A stretch of DNA of 36,118 nucleotides from Octopus bimaculoides (GCF_001194135.2 NC_068990.1:45357934-45394051), one strand, 5' to 3'; shown: positions 22,557-33,445, counted from the first letter of the stretch. Notes: a model not told the origin generated them from the sequence alone. A program made the numbers and translations.

Positions 22557-23954
22557 GTACCAAACATTTTGACATTTATTTGTTTATTTCCTTTACGTAT
22601 CCATGGTATTCTGACAACCTTTTCACTATGAATTATTTCTGTTTACTTCATTACTCGGCGATGTGTATGTGTAGAAAAACAAATCTTGTACAGCATAAAA
22701 GTCGATGGCGCGCACATACACATCACCGAGAGATGAAATGGTAGAATTAAAGAGAAATAATTTCAGTAGAGGAAATCATCAAAATATCGAATACGTTATT
22801 GTTTTTACAAAATCGATAATTTGTACTAAAACATTATCTTTAATTCTCTTTTCTTTACATTTGTTCGTTTGATAATTTGTTTGGTTTCTTTCTTTTAGGG
22901 TAAACCGAAATAAGATTTAGCCCTGATGTTATTTATCCTAAAGTATGTTGACGATATTCCAAACATGCGTTATTAAAAATTTTTTTAATTTCAACTTCTT
23001 CATCATTCAGTGATGTAGGAAATAAATCTAACTCATCACAATAACAAAACGGTGCAGAAATCGTTATTCTTACACAATAATATGAAGAGAGGCAGACTCT
23101 ACAGCACCTTTGTCATCATCAATTTATTCCCAAGTAATAATTCGGATCTTAGACAGATAGCAAGATCCAGAACGATCATTTTTAACCATTGGTCCAAGAC
23201 TAAACATTTTGTGAAATGGTATAATCTATCATAGCTTGTGCTTATTTCATGGAACTGGGAAGATGAAGCGTAAAGTCAACCTTAGCGTGATTTGAGCTCG
23301 GAATGGTAAGGGCTGTAAATAAATAAAGCAAGGCGTTTTAGCTGCCGTTTCTCATGACAATATTCACGAGGAAAATGATTTTTAAAAAGCCTATTAATGA
23401 TAAATAGTAATAATTAATTTCACTACTACGACGCTTATAATTAAAGCCAAAGATCGCCTTTCGATATCTATGTAGTTTTTTTTTTTTTATAAAACATTTC
23501 AAAGGTGTTGCAAATTTAGCGAAACATTGATGGATTTTGTCTGAACCCTCTTTACATTTCAATTTTCAAAATCCTATTTCAGGTCTTTTGGTTGTGTCCC
23601 CAAACTTTCTAGCAAGGAACATCCGTTTTCCCCTTGCGTGATGCATAATCGGTGGGGGATGTGCATATTTCTATTTTAATTGTTTATTTACCGATTTGCT
23701 TTTTTCTCTCTCTCTATTTTCTTGCTGTTTACTTTTCTAAATTACGTTCTTTTTCATTGAATTATAGTAAATAACGATAGAAAATATTTCTTTAAAAAAA
23801 AAAAAGAGTTGCTTTTTTAAAGCTGTCCAAATTCTTTAAAGGAACGACTCTGGTTGACCAGTCGATCCCCAATATATGTATGTACTTATATATGTTTATT
23901 GTATAAATAATTGTATAATTTGTGAAATCTATATTTAGTTGTAAACTCTCTCTG

Positions 23955-23986
<32 letters not shown>

Positions 23987-24584
23987 ATATATAGTAAGTT
24001 TTGTGACTATTTTTTTTTCATTTCAAATATGTACTGAACAAATGAAAAAAAAATATCCTTGATAGCCGCTGAAAAAGCCATCGTGGAGCTGATTTCAGAG
24101 CAAGACTAAATACAGTGTAATGCAACTCTATATATTGTCAGGCCGTCATCTTGTACCATTATGCAAATGAGTTGATTCTGGTACAATTTTGTTTACATTT
24201 TCAATAAGTAGCTTTCTACTACTTCTTATTGGCATCATAAGGAAGGGAGGTAAGCGTATTCGCGTGTGTTAAATAACAACGAAAATGGTCGGTTCACTTC
24301 TGCACTTAAGCCATTGAAAAGATCATCATTGGGCTTAATTTCACACAAATAGTTAAAAGTATGTCTCTGTAGTCATATTTATAACTATTTAGTATTTAAA
24401 TTACTGTGAGTTTAATAAATATTAGCTTGATTGGAATAGGAAGTTTTTATTGTTCATAAGTAGGTAGTATTATTGAAGCAAAGGAAATTGCATGCTCTGT
24501 TTGCCTGGAGCTTACTTCCAATACTCCTTACTATGCAAACATTATATATGAAAAAATAACAAACTCACCACAAGGTGAGTGCAC

Positions 24585-25050
24585 AACAAGAGAGATCTTC
24601 AGAGGAAGAAATCCCATCCAAGTGTTTTGGCCGTTATACCTGACACTCTACAGGAGCCGGGCCCACCCAGGTCACGACTCTTAGGTGTCCTCCTGTTGCT
24701 TTCCAAAATCCTGTCTTCAGCAGGAACCTTTTGTTCCCAGCTCTGTGTTTTATTTCAGCCCACCAGGCCACTCTGACCGATGGAGAAGCCAGTTCTCTTC
24801 TTCCTTCTATTCCTGTAAATAACCAATGGAATCCATAACTAGGTTCACTGGTCATTCCTTTTCACTCATATCCACATTGAGCTCTTTTCAGCAACATTAG
24901 AGAAGCGTTTAATTGTGGCAGTTCTTCTGCAGCCTTTAATATCCAGCTGCCTGAGTAACCAGCAGGTTGATGCAGCCATGAATCCTTGCAATCCAACTTC
25001 AACTGTTTTCATTGTACAGTGGTAACCCTCACTTCCTAACTGCTTTGCTA
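24585..25050 (-). mobile_element. HERO-like (RLE-type) non-LTR retrotransposon 3' fragment
   Basis: LAKQLGSEGYHC...VEVGLQGF...VAEKSSMWI*VKR resembles the HERO C-terminus (IEVGCRGF...AAERASRWLWIKR); GC-richer 3' UTR. Confidence 0.6.
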
Positions 25051-25566
25051 AAGGGTTAAAATTAATAGATACAGCTTCATTATTATAGAAGATCAATAAA
25101 AATCAGATGCAAAAAGAAGCAAATACACAATACATAAAAAAAAGTATTAAATGTAACTGTTAGCAGATATGGATGTATAAACATCCTTGCTTAGATTGTA
25201 TGGTGCACATACACTCACTCATACAAATTTACATGAGGATATAAGCATACACACACGCATGGTTTGGTGCTCACACAACGAATTAAATAAATGCTTTGTG
25301 CTTATAAGAATGGGGAGGCTACAGTTAGTTGATCCATACCATAAAGTAAATATGGTTATTAATTTGGTTAGCGATTGCTCAAATTCATTTTCACTGCATT
25401 ATACAAAAATGCATTTATAAGCATGTAAGCATCTTGACAATCTTTCAGAAATCCTATTAATGATCTTCTTATTGGTCCACTATATATATAAAATGAATAA
25501 AAAGATGTTATTATAAGTGTGGAATAGATAAGTCTCCAACTTCTTATCCAGGGTAAAACAGTTTAA

Positions 25567-26985
25567 CACTGATTCTCAACCATTTTTTCCTATTTTGGTT
25601 CCTATTTTACTTGGATAGACCCTTATAGCCATTCGATGTTTAAAAATCCCTAATATATTTTTATAATTAAATATTGTTAGGGATAGATGGCCCTTCTCGA
25701 CCTGTAGAAAAGGCTGGGTAGAAACTCCATACAATGTACCCAGTGTAAGCTATGGACATATAAAAGGTGCAGCAATATCAAAGGAAGGTTAACTGGGAAA
25801 ATAGTTTTTGTGTGTGGCAGATGCACAGGAGCAATAAACACTGAAGATGTACAGAAAACAGATTCCATCACATGCCAGTGGGAGAAACTAGAAGTAGTTA
25901 ATAGCTTCTGCTACCTAGGCGACCAGGTCTGTAATGGGGGTGGTTGCTCTGAGAATGTAGTGGCTAGAATAAGAATAGCCTGGGCAAAGTTCAGGGAGCT
26001 CCTACCTCTGCTGGCAACTAAGGGCCTCTCGCTCAGGATGAAAAGTAGAATGTATAATGCAGGTGTGCGAACTGTCATGCTACACAGCAGTGAAACATGG
26101 GCCATGACTGCTGAGGACATGTGTAGACTTGAAAGAAATGAAGCTAGTATGATCCGCTGGATGTGTAATGTCACTGTGCATACACGACAGAGTGTAAGCG
26201 CCCTGAGAGAAAAGTTGGGCATAAGAAGCATCAAATATGGTGTGCAAGAGAGACAACTACACTGGTGTGGTCATGTGTTACATATGGATGAGGACAGCTG
26301 TGTGAGGAAGTGCCACTCCCTAACTGTGGAAAGAACCTGTGGAAGAGGTAGACCCAGGAAGACATGAGATGAGGTAGTGAAGCATGACCTTCGAACATTG
26401 GGCCTGACAAAGGCAATGACAGGAGGTCGAGACCTTTGAAGATATGCTGCGATTGAGAAGACCTGGCAGCTAAAGTGAGATCACAGCCACACCTGACTGA
26501 CTCCTGTGTCGGTGGCACGTAAAAAGCACCATCTGAATGTGGCCGATGCCAATACCCCCTGACTGGCTCTCATGCCGGTGGCACATAAAAAGCACCAACT
26601 GAATGTGGTCAATGCCAGTACCCCTTGACTAGCCCCTGTGCCGGTGGCACGTAAAAAGAACTATTGAACATGATCAATGCCAGGCCCGCCTAACTGGCTC
26701 CTGTACCGGTAGCATGTAAAAAGCACCCACTAAACTCTCAGAGTGGTTGGCGTTAGGAAGGGCATCCAGCAGTAGAAACATTGCCAGATCAGATTGGAGC
26801 CTGGTGCAGCCGCTGGCTCTCCAGACCTCAGTCAAACTGTCCAACTCATGCCAGCATGGAAAACGGACGTTAAATGATGATGAATTGTATAAAAAAATTG
26901 TTAAAATATTTTGTGTATTGTAGAAATATAACCAATTTATTGCACAAATTTTTAACCATAAAATCTTATTTAGACCCACATTTTG
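25567..26985. mobile_element. Second copy of the hAT MITE, split by an RTE (MITE parts 25567-25681 and 26883-26985)
   Basis: CATTCGATGTTTAAA...TTTTATAATTAAATATT and ATTTTGTGTATTGTAGA.ATATAACCAATTT...AAAATCTTAT match consecutive parts of 19689-19942. Confidence 0.75.
25682..26882 (+). mobile_element. 5'-truncated RTE LINE with tandem-unit 3' UTR and (GAT)n tail
   Basis: ORF 25810-26367 (FCYLGD, ARIRIAWAKFRELLPLL, GRGRPRKT); repeated GGTGGCACGTAAAAAG units; ends GGACGTTAAATGATGATG. Confidence 0.92.
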
Positions 26986-27154
26986 GTGACCTGATATGTA
27001 GCATAAATGTCCAAATATGTAAATAAGAATGGCACTGCTATAAAACTATGAAAAAATATTAAACAAGTAACAATGTAAATAGATAAGGATGAACTATAAA
27101 AAAGAGAAAGATGAATTACACTTTTTTGTTGTGTCATTATGTTAATATTATTAA

Positions 27155-27367
27155 CCCTTTAAGGCCAGATATAAATAAGTCTTTTCATGTGGGATGCAAA
27201 AAAAGGGGAAAAAATATAAGATGATAATCAATCAAACAGCTTATAATGCAAATGTGGCTTATATACACCCATCTTCTTCACAATTTAGCTGTGTGTCAAT
27301 AAGCCACACATGTCCTCTGCAGAAGGAAAGTATGTTGTGTCAATAAGCCACACCTGACATTAAAGGG
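27155..27367. mobile_element. piggyBac-type MITE (213 bp)
   Basis: TTAA at 27151-27154 and 27368-27371; TIR CCCTTTAAGGCCAG vs CCCTTTAATGTCAG. Confidence 0.85.
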
Positions 27368-28067
27368 TTAAACACACACACTGGTTCAATTCCACTCTTT
27401 TATTATTAGTTGATTGGTTAAATACCCAACTAACTAACATAAAGAATCTCACAAACCAGATACAAAATCAATTGCACTATTGAAAACAAATGATGAGAGG
27501 CTTAGAAATTTCATTGAATTCAACTAGGCCAAGTAAATAAATGTACACAGTAAAAATAGAAGACATAAAAACAAAGATGAGAAAGTCAGATGAAAATACA
27601 AGCTAATAGTTATTTAGGTAAGTTAGATTGTGTTGATATATGGTAAAAGGAAAATGTTTTGAAGAACCTTGGTGAAACATGTTTCTCACCATGTAAACAG
27701 ACAAGCGTATGATGTATGTGTTTATTGTATTTGGAGATGAGGAAAATATAAAGGTTGCATGGGAACCATTGATCTAGTGATTAATTGAATGTTTTTAGGC
27801 TTGTCAAAGTCATGCCTTTGTACAAATTCAGACAGTGGTGTTTGCCAATAGTGCTGTCTATGAAACACATTTCTCACCATGTAAACAGTGAATGTATGAT
27901 ACATGTGGTTATTGTGCTTATAGATGTATGCAGGCTTGCAGCATATCCTGTGCATACATTTTAATAATGGTAGTGTAGCACCCATTAACAGATGTGTATT
28001 GCTCACTGTTAAATGGTGTTTTACTATAAGCACTAAGCATTCCATTATAAGCACCAAGCATTCCACT

Positions 28068-30637
28068 CAGGGGTTGTAAATAATTGATTGGAACCTTTCC
28101 AATCAATTATTTTCCTCGAAATCAATTAATTTTAATTGTGGTACAGGCTAATTAATTATTGCAATTAATTGTCAATTATTTTGCCGAATATAAAAACACC
28201 ATATATTTTGGAGTGTTAGCTTTGATTTAGATAAGAGCCAAAATGATAGGAAAATAAAAGACATGTCTTATTGTTTCATTATCAGATAACGTTCAAAGTT
28301 CGATTGTATTGATTTAGAATAGAGAACAAATAACATGTATACTCTACATAGTACAGTAGTTGAAAAATAAATAAATTGAAGGTCTTTAATTAAAAGAGTT
28401 TCTCAAATGAGTAGCACAATTAAAATGTTCTGATATAGCAAAAGATTTCTGAAACAAGGTCTTCATCCCAGAAAGTGTGATTGACTTTTAGAAATAATTG
28501 CATTTCTAAATTCATTGGTGTTAAGTATTGCTGAAAATCATTAAAAGTAACCTGCTGAGCTGAAGAAATGTTCCAAGATGTTGGACATTGGTAATAAAAA
28601 TCTATAGTTCAGATATTGCTGAGGTAAAATTTTATCTTTTATGTGTTTTTTTTTTCAAACAAATTGAAGCAAAATCATCATCTTCTACAGGTTAATTAGA
28701 CTGTTGTGACATATCTCTTACCACTTTTAGCTGATGTAAAGCAACCACTTCATCTGCAGTTAGCTCTGCTTCTGCTTGTAAAAATTTTCACAAGTTCACT
28801 TCCAAAATTTGGGCTGTTTACAATGGTTGCCAATGGAAACAAATATTTTAAAAACTCCTCATAAGGATATAATGCGAGAATTTCGTCAAAAATAATTCGA
28901 GCACCTCCCAAATCTATTTCTGTTCTTTGCAAGGTGACTGTTACTGAACTTAACCTATCTAAATTGTATTTTAGAGTCTGCAGATCATTATGATCGCGTG
29001 GAGTCAACAGATAATCAACCAGCTTTGGATCGCCTTGAAAAGAGTCTAAAAACGGCTTGAGTTAGATGTACCTCTCAATCATGTCATAAGGTTTTATTTC
29101 TTTGTATAGGTTGCAAAGGCATTTTTTTCCCAAAGTTTACCTGCAAGTTTTAATGATTTTAGCTTGCCCATCAACATATTAATTTTATCAAGCAGAACTT
29201 CCTGCTTGTCGAGATAAGCAGAAACAGTTAGATTGAATTTATGAGAGGCACATCCAATCAATGGTATTCTACACAAATTCGCTGTAGATTTGTTCACTGC
29301 ACTCCTCTTATAGCTACATTTTGTAAATTTTTGTTATAGACACTTAACACATACTCTATAAATTTGACATAATCAGAAGCAGTGAATGATGTTTCATTTA
29401 CCAATGGCGAAAATGCCAGTAAAACAGTACAATAGTCATTTTGATAATTGCACGAATAAGATGTACCCGGTGCAAGCTATGGACACATAAGAGGTGCAGC
29501 AACATCAAAGGCAGGTTAACTAGCAAGTTAGTTTTTGTTTGTGGCAGATGTTCAGGTGCAATAAAGACTGCAAACAAACAGGAAACAACTTCTATCTCAT
29601 TCCAGGGTGAAAAACTAGAGGTAGTCGATAGCTTCCGCTATCTGGGCGACCAAGTTAGTAGTGGGGGTGGGTGCGCTGAAAGTGTAGCTGCTAGAATAAG
29701 AATAGCCTGGGCAAAGTTTAGAGAGCTCTTACCCCTGCTGGCGACAAAGGGACTCTCACTNNNNNNNNNNNNNNNNNNNNNNNNNNNNNNNNNNNNNNNN
29801 NNNNNNNNNNNNNNNNNNNNNNNNNNNNNNNNNNNNNNNNNNNNNNNNNNNNNNNNNNNNNNNNNNNNNNNNNNNNNNNNNNNNNNNNNNNNNNNNNNNN
29901 NNNNNNNNNNNNNNNNNNNNNNNNNNNNNNNNNNNNNNNNNNNNNNNNNNNNNNNNNNNNNNNNNNNNNNNNNNNNNNNNNNNNNNNNNNNNNNNNNNNN
30001 NNNNNNNNNNNNNNNNNNNNNNNNNNNNNNNNNNNNNNNNNNNNNNNNNNNNNNNNNNNNNNNNNNNNNNNNNNNNNNNNNNNNNNNNNNNNNNNNNNNN
30101 NNNNNNNNNNNNNNNNNNNNNNNNNNNNNNNNNNNNNNNNNNNNNNNNNNNNNNNNNNNNNNNNNNNNNNNNNNNNNNNNNNNNNNNNNNNNNNNNNNNN
30201 NNNNNNNNNNNNNNNNNNNNNNNNNNNNNNNNNNNNNNNNNNNNNNNNNNNNNNNNNNNNNNNNNNNNNNNNNNNNNNNNNNNNNNNNNNNNNNNNNNNN
30301 NNNNNNNNNNNNNNNNNNNNNNNNNNNNNNNNNNNNNNNNNNNNNNNNNNNNNNNNNNNNNNNNNNNNNNNNNNNNNNNNNNNNNNNNNNNNNNNNNNNN
30401 NNNNNNNNNNNNNNNNNNNNNNNNNNNNNNNNNNNNNNNNNNNNNNNNNNNNNNNNNNNNNNNNNNNNNNNNNNNNNNNNNNNNNNNNNCTACACTCTCT
30501 GAGTGGTTGGCGTTAGGAAGGGCATCCAGCTGTAGAAACTCTGCCAAATCAGACTGGAGCCTGGTGTTGCCATCCGGTTTCACCAGTCCTCAGTCAAATC
30601 GTCCAACCCATGCTAGCATGGAAAGCGGACGTTAAAC

Positions 30638-30668
<31 letters not shown>

Positions 30669-31708
30669 CAAAAAGTCCAAAATGCGTTGAACCGTCGATT
30701 ACCAACAAAAATTTACTTGGAAACTCATCAGATATTTTCTTTTCTACTTCTTGAGTGAGTTTATGTATTTCTTTAAAGTCACATTTGTCATACTTTCCAA
30801 GTTTGTGTACTTATGAGTCAGTGGGTCTTCAGTAAAAGAAAATGGTTTTAAACCAACACATACCCACTCAATTTAGTCATAAACATTTAAGGATGAGCGA
30901 CTGACCAAACTACTTCTTAGTGAAAGAAAACTTGATAAAGATGGTTGTCCAGTTGCTTGTGTAGTAGAATACTCTGGATGCTGGTTTTTTATGATTCATA
31001 AGATTTGTCCATCCAGTTCCTTTTTTCTGGGTCAACCATTTTTTACATTTGCATTTTCATACATGTTCTTTGTTTGTTTGGTTAAAATATTTTCTGATGA
31101 TTTGTTCGTTTTCACATGGCATGGGTTAGTTTAAAAGAAAAGATATTTTGTCACAGTTTAAAATAGAAGATGTTTTGTCACTCCACTAGTGAAAGTCTGA
31201 TTCAGTTAATATGTTGGAGCAGAATTCAAGATACAACAGCATGCAGGCAAAATTACAATTTAATGACTTGAAGTCAGAATGTGTGAATCATTCTCGATAG
31301 TCAGAACCAAGAACACTCAACAGCAATTATTTGACAATGTACACAATAGCCAATTCCCAAACACGGCAGAATGTGTGAATCATTCTCGGCAATCCTAACC
31401 AAGTGTCAACACTTGACAACATACACAATAGTCAATTCCTAAGCATGACAGAATGTATGAATCATTCTCAGCAGTCAGAACGAAGAGTCAACACAATAAC
31501 TCAACTAATAACAGAACACTGTATTTGCCAATTGAATGTCGAATGAAATATGAGCCATTTGAAAAACTTTCACTGACAATGTTGCAATTAACTGCAATTA
31601 ATTGATATGGTAGCAATCAATTATTTAATTCGCAGTATGACTCTAATCAATTAATTGGACCAATATATTGCAATTAATTTTTCATCAATTAATTTTTTAC
31701 AACCTCTG
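28068..31708 (-). mobile_element. Near-complete hAT-superfamily DNA transposon with a decayed transposase, interrupted by an RTE
   Basis: TIR CAGGGGTTGTAAA / CAGAGGTTGTAAA; flanks ATTCCACT and ATTCCACC. Minus-strand fragments: KCKC...GTGWTNLMNH (BED-like), IEWVCVGLKPFSFTEDPLT, LLVIDG, LLAFSPLVNE, PLIGCASHKFNL (CxxH). About 2.4 kb without the RTE. Confidence 0.85.
29456..30666 (+). mobile_element. Young 5'-truncated RTE LINE spanning an N gap (29761-30489)
   Basis: IRCTRCKLWTHKRCS...FRYLGD...RIRIAWAKFRELLPLL before the gap; RTE 3' end with a (GAT)n tail after it. Confidence 0.88.
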
Positions 31709-31829
31709 ATTCCACCTATAGAGCAGGCTACAGTAAGGTAGCCACACAATTTTGTAACAGTGTTATTTCTATGTACAGGATAATACGGTACCTTGGCCCA
31801 CAATTGTTGTCCTGTTGTTTGTGAAATAC

Positions 31830-31933
31830 TAGGGTCGACTTTTATACAGGGTTTATGGAAAATTCCCAATTTTTTGTCCCAAAATAGGGTGTCGACTTTT
31901 ACATGAGATTGACTATTATTCAAGTATATACGG
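31830..31933. mobile_element. pogo/Tigger-like terminal fragment
   Basis: Two GTCGACTT motifs and a terminal CAAGTATATACGG|TA, matching the CCGTATATAC-type TIR with TA target. The partner end was not found. Confidence 0.4.
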
Positions 31934-32104
31934 TATAATAGTAATGGTAGTAATAATACTAATAATTCTAATAGTAAAACAGCATTGACAGTAATAGTAT
32001 TGTATGTGGATAATAATGATAATATGAATGTGGGCCTCCATCTTCATAACGTCAACAACAGCTACATTAATATAACCAGGACTAGCAATGATAATAATCA
32101 TTGA

Positions 32105-32832
32105 AAATAATAATAATAATAATAATAATTCTTTTTGCTATAGGCTCATGGCCTAAAATTTTGGTGGGAGGAGCCTAGTCAATTACATTGACCTCAGTAC
32201 TCAACTGGTATTTAGTTTATTGACTCTGAAGGGATGAAAGCAAAGTTGACCTCAGAAGAATTTGAACTCAGAACATTAAGACAGATGAAATGCAACTATG
32301 CATTTTGTCTGCTGTGCTAATGATTATGTCAGCTTGCCACAATAATAATAATCCTTTCTACTATAGATTCTGCCAGCTTGCTACCCTAATAATGATAATA
32401 AATTTTGGGCAAGGGGACCAGTTGATTACATTGACCCCAGTGTTTCACTGGTACTTAATTTATCAACCCTGAAAGGATGAAAAGCAAAGTCGACCTCGAT
32501 GGAATTTGAACTCAGAATATAGTGATAGGCAAAATACTGCTAAGCATTTCGTCCAGTGTGCTAACAATTCTGCCAGCTCACCACCTTATGTATATATAGT
32601 TATAATAATAGTTTCAAATTGAGCACAAAACCAGCAATTTTAGGAGGATGGGGAGAAGGTTAGTTGATTACATTGATTCCAGTATTGGATTGGTAATCTA
32701 TTTTATTGATCCTGAAAGGATGAAAGGCAAAGTTGACCTTGACAAAATTTGAACTCAGAACATAAGGTCCTGGTCAAAATGCTGCTATACATTTTAACTG
32801 ACATGCTAATGATTTTGCCAACTTGCCACTGG

Positions 32833-32872
<40 letters not shown>

Positions 32873-33177
32873 TCTAATATAGGCACAAAGCCTGAAATTT
32901 GGTGGGAGAGAGTAGTCGATTACATTGACCCCAGTTAATGATTGGTACTTATTTTATTGAACCCCAAAAGAATGAAAGGCAAAGTCATTCTCAGGATAAT
33001 AATAATGATGGACTCTACTATCGAAGACAATGTATGAGTGCAAAACGACCTGTGCAAATGATTTATTTATAATGTTTATAATAATAATAATAGTGGTTTC
33101 AAATATTGGCATACAGCCAGCAAGTTTGAGGGAGTGTGAAAGTTGATTTAATAATATTAATTCCTACTATAGGCACG
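32105..33177 (-). repeat. Head-to-tail array of about five (ATT)n-tailed tRNA-type SINE copies
   Basis: Units start after (AAT)n runs at about 32129, 32401, 32612, 32869 and 33090. They share GATTACATTGACCCCAG and GAAAGGATGAAAGGCAAAG; the first three keep AATTTGAACTCAGAA, the reverse complement of a B box. Confidence 0.85.
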
Positions 33178-33445
33178 CTAAGAGTTGCTGAAGTATGGAA
33201 CAAACTGCTGGCATCAGTTGTTAGTTGTCGGAGCACTGCATCCTTCAAAACTTCCATGCTTCCTGAGATTTGCCAACACTACACCTGATTTTCTCCCCTC
33301 CATACACACGCAAGCATGTATCTAACTCATACATTGTTCACTTTTCAGACATTTGTACAATACTGCATATGCTTTATATGCACTTTTGACAAGTTGTAGT
33401 GCACCTGAGCACTGTATACAATAATTTCATTATATTATTATTATA
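33178..33445 (+). mobile_element. CR1/L2-group LINE 3' end with (ATT)n tail
   Basis: RVAEVWNKLLASVVSCRSTASFKTSM resembles the CR1/L2 C-terminal motif RV...WN.LP..VV...S...FK; followed by a short UTR and ATTATT. Confidence 0.6.

Noticed and set aside
24484-24513. EIACSVCLEL as the start of a RING finger
   Set aside because: Only the first CxxC is present; no further Cys/His ligands follow in frame.
24590-24650. Hammerhead ribozyme core in the HERO-like 3' UTR (minus-strand CTGAAGA and AAAC)
   Set aside because: The GAAA core is mutated, and I could not form helices I and II around the motifs.
25046-25059. Lone piggyBac-like end TGCTAAAGGGTTAA
   Set aside because: No partner TIR found, and it overlaps the HERO-like coding frame (PLAKQ); may be chance or a truncated MITE.
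26490-26740. CRISPR-like array in the RTE 3' UTR units (also considered for 32105-33177)
   Set aside because: The spacers are homologous to one another, the context is eukaryotic retroelement, and there are no cas genes.
29441-30583. Long ORFs of 353 aa and 275 aa
   Set aside because: Their length comes from reading through 729 N bases; the real parts are RTE sequence.
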